Sequence record: OP279344.1
Source of the DNA: Escherichia phage P1
Reading direction: 5' to 3' (one strand)
DNA: 64,000 nucleotides
How positions within the stretch are numbered: the first letter of the stretch is position 1; each line of letters begins with the position of its first letter. Shown piece by piece: positions 20,971-31,080 of the stretch. Under the pieces are notes generated by a model, which searched no databases, had not been told where the DNA came from, and saw only the letters and a program-made list of their open reading frames with translations. The position numbers were made by a program, and so were the translations under genes.

Positions 20971-21771
20971 ATGCAACAAACATTCAATGCGGATATGAAT
21001 ATATCAAACCTTCATCAAAATGTCGATCCTTCAACCACTCTGCCCGTTATTTGTGGTGTTGAAATTACGACCGACCGCGCTGGCCGTTACAACCTTAATG
21101 CTCTACACAGAGCGAGCGGACTCGGTGCCCATAAAGCGCCAGCTCAATGGCTAAGAACGCTGTCAGCTAAACAGCTCATCGAAGAGCTTGAAAAAGAAAC
21201 TATGCAGAATTGCATAGTTTCGTTCGAAGGCCGTGGCGGCGGCACTTTTGCCCATGAATTGCTCGCTGTGGAGTACGCAGGCTGGATTTCTCCCGCGTTT
21301 CGGCTGAAGGTAAACCAGACATTTATCGACTATCGAACCGGAAGATTACAACCTGCTATTCCGCAGAGTCTCCCTGAAGCTCTCCGTTTGGCTGCCGACC
21401 TGGCAGAGCAAAAGCAACGGCTGGAGCAAAAAATGCTTATGGATGCACCTAAAGTCGAATTCGCTGAACGCGTTGCTACCGCCAGCGGGGTTCTAATCGG
21501 CAACTATGCCAAAGTGCTCGGCCTGGGCCAAAACTATCTCTTCACCTGGTTGCGTGATAACGGAATTCTGATCGCAACCGGTGAACGCAGGAACGTCCCC
21601 AAACAAGAATACATATCTCGTGGGTATTTCACCCTTAAAGAAACCGTGATCGATACAAGCAATGGAAGCAGGATTTCTTTCACGACTCGTATAACCGGCA
21701 AAGGTCAGCAGTGGCTGATGAAGCGATTGCTTGATGCTGGTGTGCTGGTACCTGTCGCGGCAACGCGCTAA
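20971..21771 (+). CDS. kilA: KilA (KilA-N domain + KilAC domain), 266 aa
   Basis: N-terminal KilA-N-like region; C-terminus paralogous to the Ant C-terminus; precedes repL. Confidence 0.8.
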   Translation: MQQTFNADMNISNLHQNVDPSTTLPVICGVEITTDRAGRYNLNALHRASGLGAHKAPAQWLRTLSAKQLIEELEKETMQNCIVSFEGRGGGTFAHELLAVEYAGWISPAFRLKVNQTFIDYRTGRLQPAIPQSLPEALRLAADLAEQKQRLEQKMLMDAPKVEFAERVATASGVLIGNYAKVLGLGQNYLFTWLRDNGILIATGERRNVPKQEYISRGYFTLKETVIDTSNGSRISFTTRITGKGQQWLMKRLLDAGVLVPVAATR

Positions 21772-21800
21772 CAGACGTAGTAAGAACCACCAGCATTGTA

Positions 21801-22646
21801 ATGCTGGCTAAAGTCACTTTCCTGAGCTGTATAACGATGAGCGATTTTACTTTTTCTGGCTATGAATTGGCCTGCTTTGTAACACACTCCGGTCTATCCC
21901 GTAGCGCCGGGCATATCCTGTCGCAATGTGCAAATCTCGCGGCAACAACCAGTGAATACTTCATTCACAAGCCTCACCGCCTGATCGCGGCAGAAACTGG
22001 TTATAGCCAATCAACCGTCGTTCGTGCATTCCGTGAAGCTGTAAACAAAGGAATTCTGTCTGTAGAGATTGTTATCGGCGATCACCGTGAACGTCGCGCT
22101 AACCTGTACCGGTTTACACCATCCTTTTTGGCCTTCGCACAACAAGCCAAAAATGCGCTGATAGAAAGCAAATTAAAGATCTCTTCAGCGGCAACCAAGG
22201 TTAAAGCTGTTCTCGCTAAGACATTGGCTTTATTTAATTTTTTATCCACACCCCCATGTCAAAATGATACCCCCTCCCCCTGTCAGGATGACGTGGCAAT
22301 AAAGAATAAGAAGTCACAAGTTAAAAAAACAAAAAGATCAGTTTCCGGCGGTGCCGGAACAACCAGCCTCAAAAAATTGACTTCATGGATCGCTAAGGCA
22401 AAAGCAAAGGCTGACAATCTGCGGTTATCCAAAAAACGCACTCAAAAACATGAGTTCAAGCAGAAAGTAGAGGCGGCTGCGCGGAAATATGCTTACCTGA
22501 AGAACAAGCGTTCGCCTGATATTGGCGGGATATCAAACTTCGATAACCTACCGCATTGCATGACGGTAAACGAAGCTCTTAATGCGGTTTTAGCCAAAAA
22601 TAAAGATAACGAACAATGGGGTATACCGGCAGGATTCAGAGGGTAA
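21801..22646 (+). CDS. repL: RepL lytic-replicon initiator, 281 aa (oriL expected within)
   Basis: Size and position after kilA under a C1 operator; basic C-terminal half. Confidence 0.7.
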   Translation: MLAKVTFLSCITMSDFTFSGYELACFVTHSGLSRSAGHILSQCANLAATTSEYFIHKPHRLIAAETGYSQSTVVRAFREAVNKGILSVEIVIGDHRERRANLYRFTPSFLAFAQQAKNALIESKLKISSAATKVKAVLAKTLALFNFLSTPPCQNDTPSPCQDDVAIKNKKSQVKKTKRSVSGGAGTTSLKKLTSWIAKAKAKADNLRLSKKRTQKHEFKQKVEAAARKYAYLKNKRSPDIGGISNFDNLPHCMTVNEALNAVLAKNKDNEQWGIPAGFRG

Positions 22647-22814
22647 TGAATTGCTCTAATTATAACCATGCATACTTTCAACACCTCTAGTTTGCCATGA
22701 GGCAAACTCATAGGTGTCCTGGTAAGAGGACACTGTTGCCAAAACTGGACGCCCCATTATTGCAATTAATAAACAACTAACGGACAATTCTACCTAACAA
22801 TAAGTGGAGTTAAC

Positions 22815-23519
22815 ATGTTGAACCGAAGAACATTTAATGTATTCTGCGATGAATCCTGTCACCTACTAAATGATCATAATAAAGTCATGGTATTGGGTGC
22901 GCTTTGGTGTCCCGGCACTATCACAAAAAAAATTGCTAGAGACATCAAGGAATTAAAATTAAAACACAATCTAAAACCTGATTTCGAAATCAAGTGGACT
23001 AAAGTATCTGCGTCCAAAGTTGAATTTTACTTAGATGTCGTAGATTACTTCTTCAGCAACCCTGCATTGCGCTTTAGAGGTGTTGTTGTTCCTGATAAAG
23101 AGCAACTGGACCATGCTCGATTCCATCAAGATCATAATACTTTCTATTATAAGATGTTTTTTTATGTCTTAAAAAACATAATAGAAAGTAACAACACATA
23201 CAATATCTACCTAGATATAAAAGATACTTTAGGTATTGAAAAAATTGAGAAATTAAGAGGGGTTCTTCACAATGATCGCTATGATTACAATCATGAGTCG
23301 ATAAACAGAATTCAACATATACGATCTCATGAAGTGCAGCAATTGCAGCTAACGGATCTTTTCATTGGCGCGTTAGGCTACGTTCATCGAGGAATGAATA
23401 GCAACGCGGGAAAAATCCAAGTCATAAACAGAATAAAATCACATACAAACAGGGAGTTACTAAAAAGTACTCTTCCAACAGAAAGTAAATTTAATATTTT
23501 CGTGTGGGAGGCTCGCTGA
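22815..23519 (+). CDS. DUF3800-type protein, 234 aa (rlfA position)
   Basis: N-terminal DES motif (FCDESCH) and C-terminal QxxD motif (QLTDLF), as I recall defining DUF3800; strongly AT-rich. Confidence 0.5.
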   Translation: MLNRRTFNVFCDESCHLLNDHNKVMVLGALWCPGTITKKIARDIKELKLKHNLKPDFEIKWTKVSASKVEFYLDVVDYFFSNPALRFRGVVVPDKEQLDHARFHQDHNTFYYKMFFYVLKNIIESNNTYNIYLDIKDTLGIEKIEKLRGVLHNDRYDYNHESINRIQHIRSHEVQQLQLTDLFIGALGYVHRGMNSNAGKIQVINRIKSHTNRELLKSTLPTESKFNIFVWEAR

Positions 23520-23983
23520 TGCTTCAAATGCCAGATTTATTGTACTTCAATGGAAGTTGGCAAGAGTATATAGACGATGTATATGATGTTGTTAGAGAAG
23601 ATATTTTAATATCTAATATAACGTTTAAGGGTCTCCCTGTTCGATTACGTTATTCACCGGAATATAATGGGAAAGAATTCGGATTTTGGCATTTAGTATC
23701 AGAGGGAAAAATAGAAGAAGAACGTATACCCGATCTTGAACGGTGCAAGCGAATTCGCTGGATCGCGCACATGATAAGGAATTATAACCATTGCGATATA
23801 TCATGTTGGTCTGAAAGACGAGGACCAACTGAAGAGTGGGTAATCTGGAATGAGTGTGAAAACTACGTTGTTGTGCTATCCGCACGTAGAGACTATTGGC
23901 TTCTCAAAACAGCCTATGTTGTAACCTATGACAGTAAAATCAGAACACTCAAACAAAGCAGAAAAAGAGCACTTGGGACATAA
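23519..23983 (+). CDS. Hypothetical partner protein, about 154 aa, translationally coupled to the DUF3800 gene (rlfB position)
   Basis: TGATG stop/start overlap at 23517-23521 (ORF track starts at 23504); AT-rich; no recognisable motif. Confidence 0.45.
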   Translation: MLQMPDLLYFNGSWQEYIDDVYDVVREDILISNITFKGLPVRLRYSPEYNGKEFGFWHLVSEGKIEEERIPDLERCKRIRWIAHMIRNYNHCDISCWSERRGPTEEWVIWNECENYVVVLSARRDYWLLKTAYVVTYDSKIRTLKQSRKRALGT

Positions 23984-24148
23984 AAAGCTGAACCCGACAC
24001 ATATTGCTATGTATCGGGTTCGATCGCTCTTTCTACACATGGTAGATGAGTAATGCAAATCTAACCGATCTACTTTAGCTTTTCAATAGCTAGCTATAAC
24101 TTTCCGCACATATTCTTCTGATAATTCCGGGAGAGCGGTTGGGTTTTT

Positions 24149-24445
24149 TCATGCTTTTCTGCGCAGAGAAGCACACTTATTCAGCAATAATAAGTGCAAT
24201 TCTTTGTTATCACTAAGTATTTCTACACACCAATATCGTAACGTGTTCACTTCAAGTGTAGCCAGCACCTTATGTCGAAAAGCCCCCTCCCCTACACATA
24301 ACGATGGCTGACATTCTGCTAAGGCACATAACCATGTATTGGCATCATAGAGAATCCAATAATGCTCCTCGGAAATAGTTTTGCATCCAATTATTTCGAA
24401 TCTTCGTTCTATCGTTTCAGGAGAGTATGAAAAATCAATTTCCAT
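24149..24445 (-). CDS. Hypothetical protein, 98 aa
   Basis: ORF track; AT-rich. Confidence 0.3.
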   Translation of the reverse strand: MEIDFSYSPETIERRFEIIGCKTISEEHYWILYDANTWLCALAECQPSLCVGEGAFRHKVLATLEVNTLRYWCVEILSDNKELHLLLLNKCASLRRKA

Positions 24446-24528
24446 AATATGCTCAAAATTTCGCTATATTGACATGATTTAAGCACAAAAAAGCTCCCGA
24501 AGGAGCTTTAAAATACAAGGGATGACTC

Positions 24529-25038
24529 TTAATCCCACTCAATCCAGTTGTAGACGATACGAAGTGACGGGCGCACAGCAGCAGTCACATCTTCGGTACT
24601 AAAGTCGATTGCATCACTGTAGATTTTGCAGTCCAACATTTCAATTGTTGTAGCAGCTTTTGTCACAGCGTTAACCCCGGAAGATTTGGATTCAGGGGTA
24701 GCAGCCATCGTGATATCAACATAGTCCTTCGCCGCAATGCGATCCTTGATGAACTGAAGAATATCGCCTTCGATAGTCTCCACGCACTGGACCTGGATTT
24801 CCCCAGAGTTTCGAATTGGTCCGTGCTGGTTGAACTTCACACCATTCGGACCATAGTCCTCCACATCCTCGCGGGTCATTTCAGGAATTTGCGACGTGCG
24901 AACCAGTACGCTGATATCTTCATGGCCTGCAAAAGTGAGCTGGAATTCAGAAGATACCAGTCGTTCGCCTTTGGCCGCGTTGGCAGTATAGCGGCCCTTA
25001 ATAAATTTACGGTTTCCCTTAGTGTTATTGTGCCCCAT
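24529..25038 (-). CDS. Tail structural protein, 169 aa (tube-like)
   Basis: ORF track; immediately downstream of the sheath-side gene cluster. Confidence 0.4.
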   Translation of the reverse strand: MGHNNTKGNRKFIKGRYTANAAKGERLVSSEFQLTFAGHEDISVLVRTSQIPEMTREDVEDYGPNGVKFNQHGPIRNSGEIQVQCVETIEGDILQFIKDRIAAKDYVDITMAATPESKSSGVNAVTKAATTIEMLDCKIYSDAIDFSTEDVTAAVRPSLRIVYNWIEWD

Positions 25039-25049
25039 ATAAAATCCTT

Positions 25050-25631
25050 TTACTGGAACGCCCGAACAATATCGGAGCTGTTATATATCGAAGAACCGGT
25101 CAACTGGAGGTTGACGGTGTTTTTCAGGAAATGTCCATTGCTGTCCCTGGGCGCATCGAGATCGAAACTTATGTCCTGGATAGCGACATCAATGATGTTG
25201 ATCCGGCGACCAATGTTTAGCGTCACACGCTCCGGGATTCGACCACCAATACTGGCATCTTTAAGTTCCGGGCTAATCATCGCTGACAATGCGGCGATAG
25301 CTCCTGAAACCTCCGTGAATGGGTCAAACAAAGCGATGAAAGTTACTGGCAGCGTGAAAGTCGGCGGTGTTCCCCCTTCCCAAACCATTAAGCTGTTCCA
25401 ACGGGCAACCGACGTTGTTTCAGTACCAACCTGCGCAAAACCACTGAAGGCACCAGCAACAGATCCCATGGACATACCGGTAAACGGCGCTTCCCAATTC
25501 TGGGCCATGTTCATTGCCGCTCCCTGGCTGATATATCCGGTAACCTGGTACTGAGAGTTCGTTAAAGTAACTTTCAGATATGGCGATACACCGTCAGCCT
25601 GGCTGTAAACCCCATAAGCTATAGGAGCCAT
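25050..25631 (-). CDS. Tail/virion structural protein, 193 aa
   Basis: ORF track; positional. Confidence 0.35.
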   Translation of the reverse strand: MAPIAYGVYSQADGVSPYLKVTLTNSQYQVTGYISQGAAMNMAQNWEAPFTGMSMGSVAGAFSGFAQVGTETTSVARWNSLMVWEGGTPPTFTLPVTFIALFDPFTEVSGAIAALSAMISPELKDASIGGRIPERVTLNIGRRINIIDVAIQDISFDLDAPRDSNGHFLKNTVNLQLTGSSIYNSSDIVRAFQ

Positions 25632-25666
25632 TCAAGTTAAAGGCCGGAGTTCCCCGGCCTCCTCCT

Positions 25667-26482
25667 TTAGCCAAGGCGCTTACGGCGCAGTTTCATTGAC
25701 TTTTTGCGGGCAAGTTTTGCCGCGCCAGTCTGGGCTTTTCGACGCGCTTTTTTTAGCGCCGATTTTTGAGCCGCAGTCAGACGTTTTTTACGCAGGCGTT
25801 TACGGATGAGTTTGATCTCACCGTTACGAACAACCTTCTTAAATGCTTCAGTCAGCATTTCATCAGAAGTGCCAGCAACAACAAACGCCGCTTCCAGTTC
25901 GTCGCGGTCGTCGCTATCTAAACTAGCGATAGAGGCACCAACATCAGCAGCAGCGTCATCGTCTTCATCGTCAGCCAGTGCTTCGATCAGGTCATCATCT
26001 ACACCGCATGCTGCGAGGAAGTCAGCAACATTTGCCCATGCTTCGTTATAGGCATCGTCCTGTTCTTCTGTAACTTCGGAGTCGTCGTCGTCAGAGATAC
26101 CAGCGATAGCTTGAACGAAACCATCAAGGGAGTCGAAAGTCAGATCACCGCTATCAGCCCAGGCGAAAACGGCGTCGGCCGCATCACTCAACGCATTCTG
26201 CATAGCACTTCGATTTGCAGCTTCCAGAATCATCTGGTGCGCCTGTTCGACGGTCCATTCTTTACCTTCTTTCCCTTCCAGGATTTGCTCAGGAGCCTGG
26301 TCAGGTGGAACGTTCTCGTTAATCTGTGCCGCCGGTTCCGGATTATTATTAATAACTGGATCTGTTGGCGGTTGTGCGCTTGCTCGGGCAGACTCCATCA
26401 GCTGCACAGGATCAGAGTTCAAAGCGAAACGGGACAGTCCATTCCCCAAAAATGCCCCGGATTGAAAAAAGTTTTTGCTCAT
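25667..26482 (-). CDS. Acidic virion protein with highly basic C-terminal tail, 271 aa
   Basis: Asp/Glu-rich body; C-terminal RKRLRKKRL...KLRRKRLG. Confidence 0.4.
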   Translation of the reverse strand: MSKNFFQSGAFLGNGLSRFALNSDPVQLMESARASAQPPTDPVINNNPEPAAQINENVPPDQAPEQILEGKEGKEWTVEQAHQMILEAANRSAMQNALSDAADAVFAWADSGDLTFDSLDGFVQAIAGISDDDDSEVTEEQDDAYNEAWANVADFLAACGVDDDLIEALADDEDDDAAADVGASIASLDSDDRDELEAAFVVAGTSDEMLTEAFKKVVRNGEIKLIRKRLRKKRLTAAQKSALKKARRKAQTGAAKLARKKSMKLRRKRLG

Positions 26483-26491
26483 TGTATTCCC

Positions 26492-28081
26492 TTACTTAAT
26501 AAGCAGCGGTACGCCCTGGATACGACGGGCTACGCCAGTCGGGCAGCAGGCCCAGACTACTTCCCATTTATCGAATTCCGCCTGCGTAACTTTCAGCACA
26601 TACGGTTCTGTACCGTCAGCATCAGGATCACGAGGAGCCACCAGAGCGCCGGAGGCGACAAAGCGATCTAAAAGTTTGGTCATCCCTTTAGTCAGGCCAG
26701 CCGCAGTAATACCGTCCGGGCTATGCTTCATCTGTCGGGCTAACTGGACAAAGAAACGGCTGATTGCATTCATCAGGGATGGGACGTGCTGGAAGTGCAG
26801 ATAGTTATCCTGCGTGCAGCAAGTTAAAGCATCGTCGATGATCATCTGGCCAGAGGTGCCAACAGATACTTTATTGAGACGGCCCTTGACCATTGCTTCT
26901 TCGTCCGGGGTATCTTCCGGATACAGCGGTTGAATTGACGCACGAGCAATGACGGCACGTTCTTCACCAGCCGGTGAGTAATGCCAACCACCGACATCAG
27001 AGTTTTTCTTGACGCCACGAGCTTTCGCCGCATACGCCACGCCAGACAGACCAAAGACCACACGGGATTGGGTCCATTTGTCTTTGCAGGAGAACGGGTA
27101 GTGATAGACAGAACAGCTTACATAATCGGTACCAAGTAAACCGGTATCCTCAACAGCTGGTAGTGCTTCTGCGTACGTTAATGTCGGTTTGACATCAAAG
27201 AAGCCATCAATCAGGCGATCTGCACAGATTTTACCTAATGCGGTGATAGCCGCATTGTCATAGCAGCCCAGGCCAAGAACAGCGGTGTACATGTACGGCG
27301 CATTGTTCAGCACTTTCACCGCACGCAGGTACGCAGCGGTTGAGATTTTCGACTGATCGCCGTTGGTACCACCAGTGAACGCCAACGATTTTTTATTTGT
27401 TACTTTCGCCGTCGAAATCAGCTCTTCATTAACAACCGCGCGCAGATATTTAGAACGGGCTTCCAGAGCCGTAGGCAGATAACACAAGCGGCCCATGTCA
27501 TCTTTCGCTTCTTCCGCCAAAGACACAGTGTGTGTCTCCAGGGTCGTTACCACACCGAGCGAAGTCGTCTGGGTCAGTTTTAAGAGGAAGCGTTCATTAC
27601 CCGCGCTGTCCGCTGTTGCCGTTTCGATGGTTAACTCACGGGTAGGTGAAATACACGGATCACCATCATCAACGTAGATAGCAAAGGCTTCGCCACTATC
27701 AAGTTCAATTTCAGAACCGTATGGCAACGCACTGTAAGCCGGTTCGCCTGATTCATCGAACATAATAATCGGGAACTTCGCATCATCCGGAACAGCGCGA
27801 ACAACATAACCAGACGTTTGCTGAATAGCTTCGTATACATGGCGAATTGGTTCGAACTGTGAGCCGGAAGACGGCTTCAGCGGTTCGCCGAGAACATCTT
27901 CGTAATTGGACTCAGTAACCGCAAGAACAGTAAACGGCTTGCCACGCGCAAATACGCCAATACCAGCCCATAAGCTGCTATTTAATGCAACACCGGTAGA
28001 TAACGTCGCATCGGCATTGATCGGGCTAACCGCGACGCCGGATGCATTACCTAATGACTGTTGAATTGAATATTGAGACAT
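26492..28081 (-). CDS. Contractile tail sheath protein, 529 aa
   Basis: Size and conserved sheath-like C-terminus (...CCPTGVARRIQGVPLLIK). Confidence 0.7.
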   Translation of the reverse strand: MSQYSIQQSLGNASGVAVSPINADATLSTGVALNSSLWAGIGVFARGKPFTVLAVTESNYEDVLGEPLKPSSGSQFEPIRHVYEAIQQTSGYVVRAVPDDAKFPIIMFDESGEPAYSALPYGSEIELDSGEAFAIYVDDGDPCISPTRELTIETATADSAGNERFLLKLTQTTSLGVVTTLETHTVSLAEEAKDDMGRLCYLPTALEARSKYLRAVVNEELISTAKVTNKKSLAFTGGTNGDQSKISTAAYLRAVKVLNNAPYMYTAVLGLGCYDNAAITALGKICADRLIDGFFDVKPTLTYAEALPAVEDTGLLGTDYVSCSVYHYPFSCKDKWTQSRVVFGLSGVAYAAKARGVKKNSDVGGWHYSPAGEERAVIARASIQPLYPEDTPDEEAMVKGRLNKVSVGTSGQMIIDDALTCCTQDNYLHFQHVPSLMNAISRFFVQLARQMKHSPDGITAAGLTKGMTKLLDRFVASGALVAPRDPDADGTEPYVLKVTQAEFDKWEVVWACCPTGVARRIQGVPLLIK

Positions 28082-28141
28082 AACTTTCCCTGTTATGCGC
28101 CCCGCACGGGGGCGCTATGTTAAACGGAGAACTTCCCCTGA

Positions 28142-29869
28142 TTACTCAGAGTCACCGGCATCAATCGTGTCGCCGCTAATGAAGTTAAGCCCGCCTTTTT
28201 TGGCCATTGTCAGCGTTACACGAGTGAAGTAATCAGCGCCGTTGCGTGGGTGCATATCGTTGATAGCCGAACCCCACAGCGTGGTACGGTTGACCAGCGC
28301 CGGAGTGGTCGGATGCTGGAACGGGATGGCCGGGACAGCATCACCAGTCACGAAGCCTGCTTTACCCGGATTTTCATCACGGACGTAGCACAGCACATCC
28401 ATCGAGCTGAACTGAATGTTCTCTGTCGTTAAGTTCTTACAAATACCAGCAGGTACTTCGTACACTTTCACGTTACCGAACAGGGTACCGATGTAGTGAA
28501 CATACGGAGTCTGGATATAGTCTTCGGCTGGCTGGAAGAAATCCTTCGGCAACTGTTTGAAGAAAGATGCTGCATCAGCACCAGCAAACATCCCCATCGC
28601 ACCAGAAGATTTAACGCGCTCAATAATGTCGCGATATACAGTCTGGAATTTGCCACGAATGATGGTTGCCCATACATCAAAGGACTGGTTAACCGGCAGA
28701 GCGATGTCAAAGGTGTCGGTCGCAAGAGTACGCCAGATCATGATGCGAAGACGCAGCATATCCTGTTCATGAGACAGGTATTCCTTCAGGGTGCGGAACT
28801 GTAGGGAACCCAGGTCCAGACCAAATTCACGCTGTGCTTCATACGCCGCCTGTACCGTGTGCTCAGCCGCGATAACGAACTGGCTTGGGAACAGGGTGTA
28901 TTTCTTCATTTCGTGGTTGATCAGCGGGATCAGCTCAGGAGCGGCTTCAATATTGATTTCCGTCTCAATTGCGATCTCAGTGCCTTTATCCGGCGCTTTG
29001 GAGAACGACAGGGCAATCTGACCAATGTTGTAGTTCAGAGAGCAGGTAACAGTGATTTGCTCACCAGCAGCATTAGTAAACGAGTGAAGTAGGCTGCCGG
29101 AACCGTTATCAACAACAGACTTAATACGGTTAACGTAGATATTAGTGCGACCTTTTCGGATTGGTACATTCTGGCCTTCGAAGTCTTCCATCTTGAAGGT
29201 TGCGGTTTTGCTGGTGCCATCGGAGCTTGCCACCAGCACATAGCGGCGGCGTAACTGGCTGTACACACCGACGGATTGCATGTCCAGAACATCACCAGCA
29301 GCATAAGAACCAAAAGAGGAACCTGCCACGTTAAAGACTTCATAGATGTCGGACTGGTCACGCGTAACCGGAATGAAGGTACACGCATCAGCGGTAGCTG
29401 CCCCCAACTGAACAGGCAGGATCATCGCGAGGAATAAAGGCAGACGCATAACACCGTCAGAAACGCTCATCATCTCTGCTGCGACGGATTCCAGCATCGC
29501 TTTATTAGTGGCATCCATGCTATTGCGGGTGGACTCAATCAGGCAGTTTTCCAGCGTCTGGTGGCAGGAGGCCAGAATTTCCGGACGCGGCATAGATTTA
29601 TGTGCTGCGGCGTAGTCAGCCAGTGCACTTGCCCACGCTGTAGCGATTTGAGCGGTGGCATTATCAGAGATACCCGCAAAAACCGGGTCTTTACGTGCAG
29701 CTTCAAGGATAGATGCGGCACGCGCGGCATCATCTTTAATGAATTGGTTATCAGTACCGAACTGCGCAGTGCTTGCCCAGCCAAGCACAGCTTTAGAGCG
29801 TTTTGCGATATCTGCAATACGATTCTGGTATTCGCGTAAGTTACTCAATTTACTCTTCCTTAAACACAA
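28142..29869 (-). CDS. Major head (capsid) protein candidate, about 568-575 aa
   Basis: Large late-gene ORF next to parS; possible TTG start at ~29848 with AAGGAAGAG RBS. Confidence 0.5.
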   Translation of the reverse strand: MCLRKSKLSNLREYQNRIADIAKRSKAVLGWASTAQFGTDNQFIKDDAARAASILEAARKDPVFAGISDNATAQIATAWASALADYAAAHKSMPRPEILASCHQTLENCLIESTRNSMDATNKAMLESVAAEMMSVSDGVMRLPLFLAMILPVQLGAATADACTFIPVTRDQSDIYEVFNVAGSSFGSYAAGDVLDMQSVGVYSQLRRRYVLVASSDGTSKTATFKMEDFEGQNVPIRKGRTNIYVNRIKSVVDNGSGSLLHSFTNAAGEQITVTCSLNYNIGQIALSFSKAPDKGTEIAIETEINIEAAPELIPLINHEMKKYTLFPSQFVIAAEHTVQAAYEAQREFGLDLGSLQFRTLKEYLSHEQDMLRLRIMIWRTLATDTFDIALPVNQSFDVWATIIRGKFQTVYRDIIERVKSSGAMGMFAGADAASFFKQLPKDFFQPAEDYIQTPYVHYIGTLFGNVKVYEVPAGICKNLTTENIQFSSMDVLCYVRDENPGKAGFVTGDAVPAIPFQHPTTPALVNRTTLWGSAINDMHPRNGADYFTRVTLTMAKKGGLNFISGDTIDAGDSE

Positions 29870-29914
29870 GGCACTTGTGTGAATCCCTTTTCGGAAGAGA
29901 TTTTATTGAAAGTC

Positions 29915-30020
29915 ACTTGTTGACTTTCTCGCTAAAAGTAATTTTTTAAATTTTTTGTGCGGGGGAGGGGGGCAAGTAAAACAGGCGTGAAATCGTGGGA
30001 ATTTCAGTCTGAAATTTTCC
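29915..30020. other. parS partition site region
   Basis: Downstream of parB; GTGAAAT/ATTTCAG heptamers, GAAAGTCA/TGACTTTC dyad, AT-rich candidate IHF site. Confidence 0.5.
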
Positions 30021-30114
30021 ATGAATATCTATATATATCATATATTTATACATGAAATAGGCGCGGGACATTTTAGACAGGGGAGGGGGCTAAAGCCGCC
30101 TCCCACCAGCGGGA

Positions 30115-31080
30115 TTATTCCCCAGCAGACATTTTCCCAATGATTTTTTTTATTGCTTCGTCAATTTCAGTTTGCACTTCAGACGGGAGTCTGGAGAACT
30201 CGTAGGCGACAACCCGTTTTTTCGGATCGGACTTCTTTCGGGCATATTGGCGACGGTCAGAGAAGTCTCGCAGCTTCTCAACCACCACAGATTTAACCGG
30301 CGCGGGCTTCAGGCTTTTGCTTTCCGCTTTGAAGATAGCCAGTATCTTCGCTTTATCCTCTTTCGCGCCCTCAGTCTCTGCAATTCGTTCGCGCACCGTA
30401 TCAACCAGCTCTTCAATCGGCACGCTTTTAGCGTTAGCATCCTCGGCGATCTGGAGCAGTAACTGGTAATCTGGAAGGGCGAGATCGCTGGCTACGGGGA
30501 AGACAGCAATCATCTCATCCGGCACCGCGGCAGCCTGGAAAGCTCGCGTCACTTTTGCCTTTGAGATGTTCTCAGCTCGGGCGATCTCTTCTTTGGTCAT
30601 ATTCTTACCGTACATAACCTCGAAGCGTTTACCCAGCTCGCGCAGAGTGTGTTCGCGGGCTGTCTGGATATCAATGGCCAGCTGGCGGGCATCCGCCAGG
30701 CTGATCTCATCTTTCGTCACCAGAATCTCAAATTTCGTTTCATTGAAGATACACGCAGCGCGGCGACGCGATCCGTCCAATACCTCAATGCGCTCCCCAA
30801 CCATACGACCGATAGCCGGGAAGAACTGTTGCAATTTAATGGTGCGGGAAATATCGCTTACCGACTCAGGGGTGAGCAGAGACTGATCGCGGCCGTTAAC
30901 TGCCGGGTCAACGAACGTGCGCGACTCAATCTCACCACTCAGCACGACGGTAAGCAAGAATTTAGCCTGGCGGCCAGATTTTAGGGTAAAGGTTTTGGTG
31001 CCTTCACTGCCTTCAAGCATGCGAGCAAACTCGGAGCTATTCTTGCCCAGCACTCGTCCACGGGAAACTATTTTTTTCAT
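30115..31080 (-). CDS. parB: ParB partition protein, 321 aa
   Basis: ParB-like HTH region; stop/start coupled to parA. Confidence 0.8.
   Translation of the reverse strand: MKKIVSRGRVLGKNSSEFARMLEGSEGTKTFTLKSGRQAKFLLTVVLSGEIESRTFVDPAVNGRDQSLLTPESVSDISRTIKLQQFFPAIGRMVGERIEVLDGSRRRAACIFNETKFEILVTKDEISLADARQLAIDIQTAREHTLRELGKRFEVMYGKNMTKEEIARAENISKAKVTRAFQAAAVPDEMIAVFPVASDLALPDYQLLLQIAEDANAKSVPIEELVDTVRERIAETEGAKEDKAKILAIFKAESKSLKPAPVKSVVVEKLRDFSDRRQYARKKSDPKKRVVAYEFSRLPSEVQTEIDEAIKKIIGKMSAGE

Noticed and set aside
17700-24500. AT-rich islands as foreign insertions (integrated islands) with their own integrase
   Set aside because: No recombinase, direct repeats or tRNA-adjacent attachment-site signatures; they sit at positions occupied by accessory genes in the P1 backbone and are better explained as cargo modules within the phage
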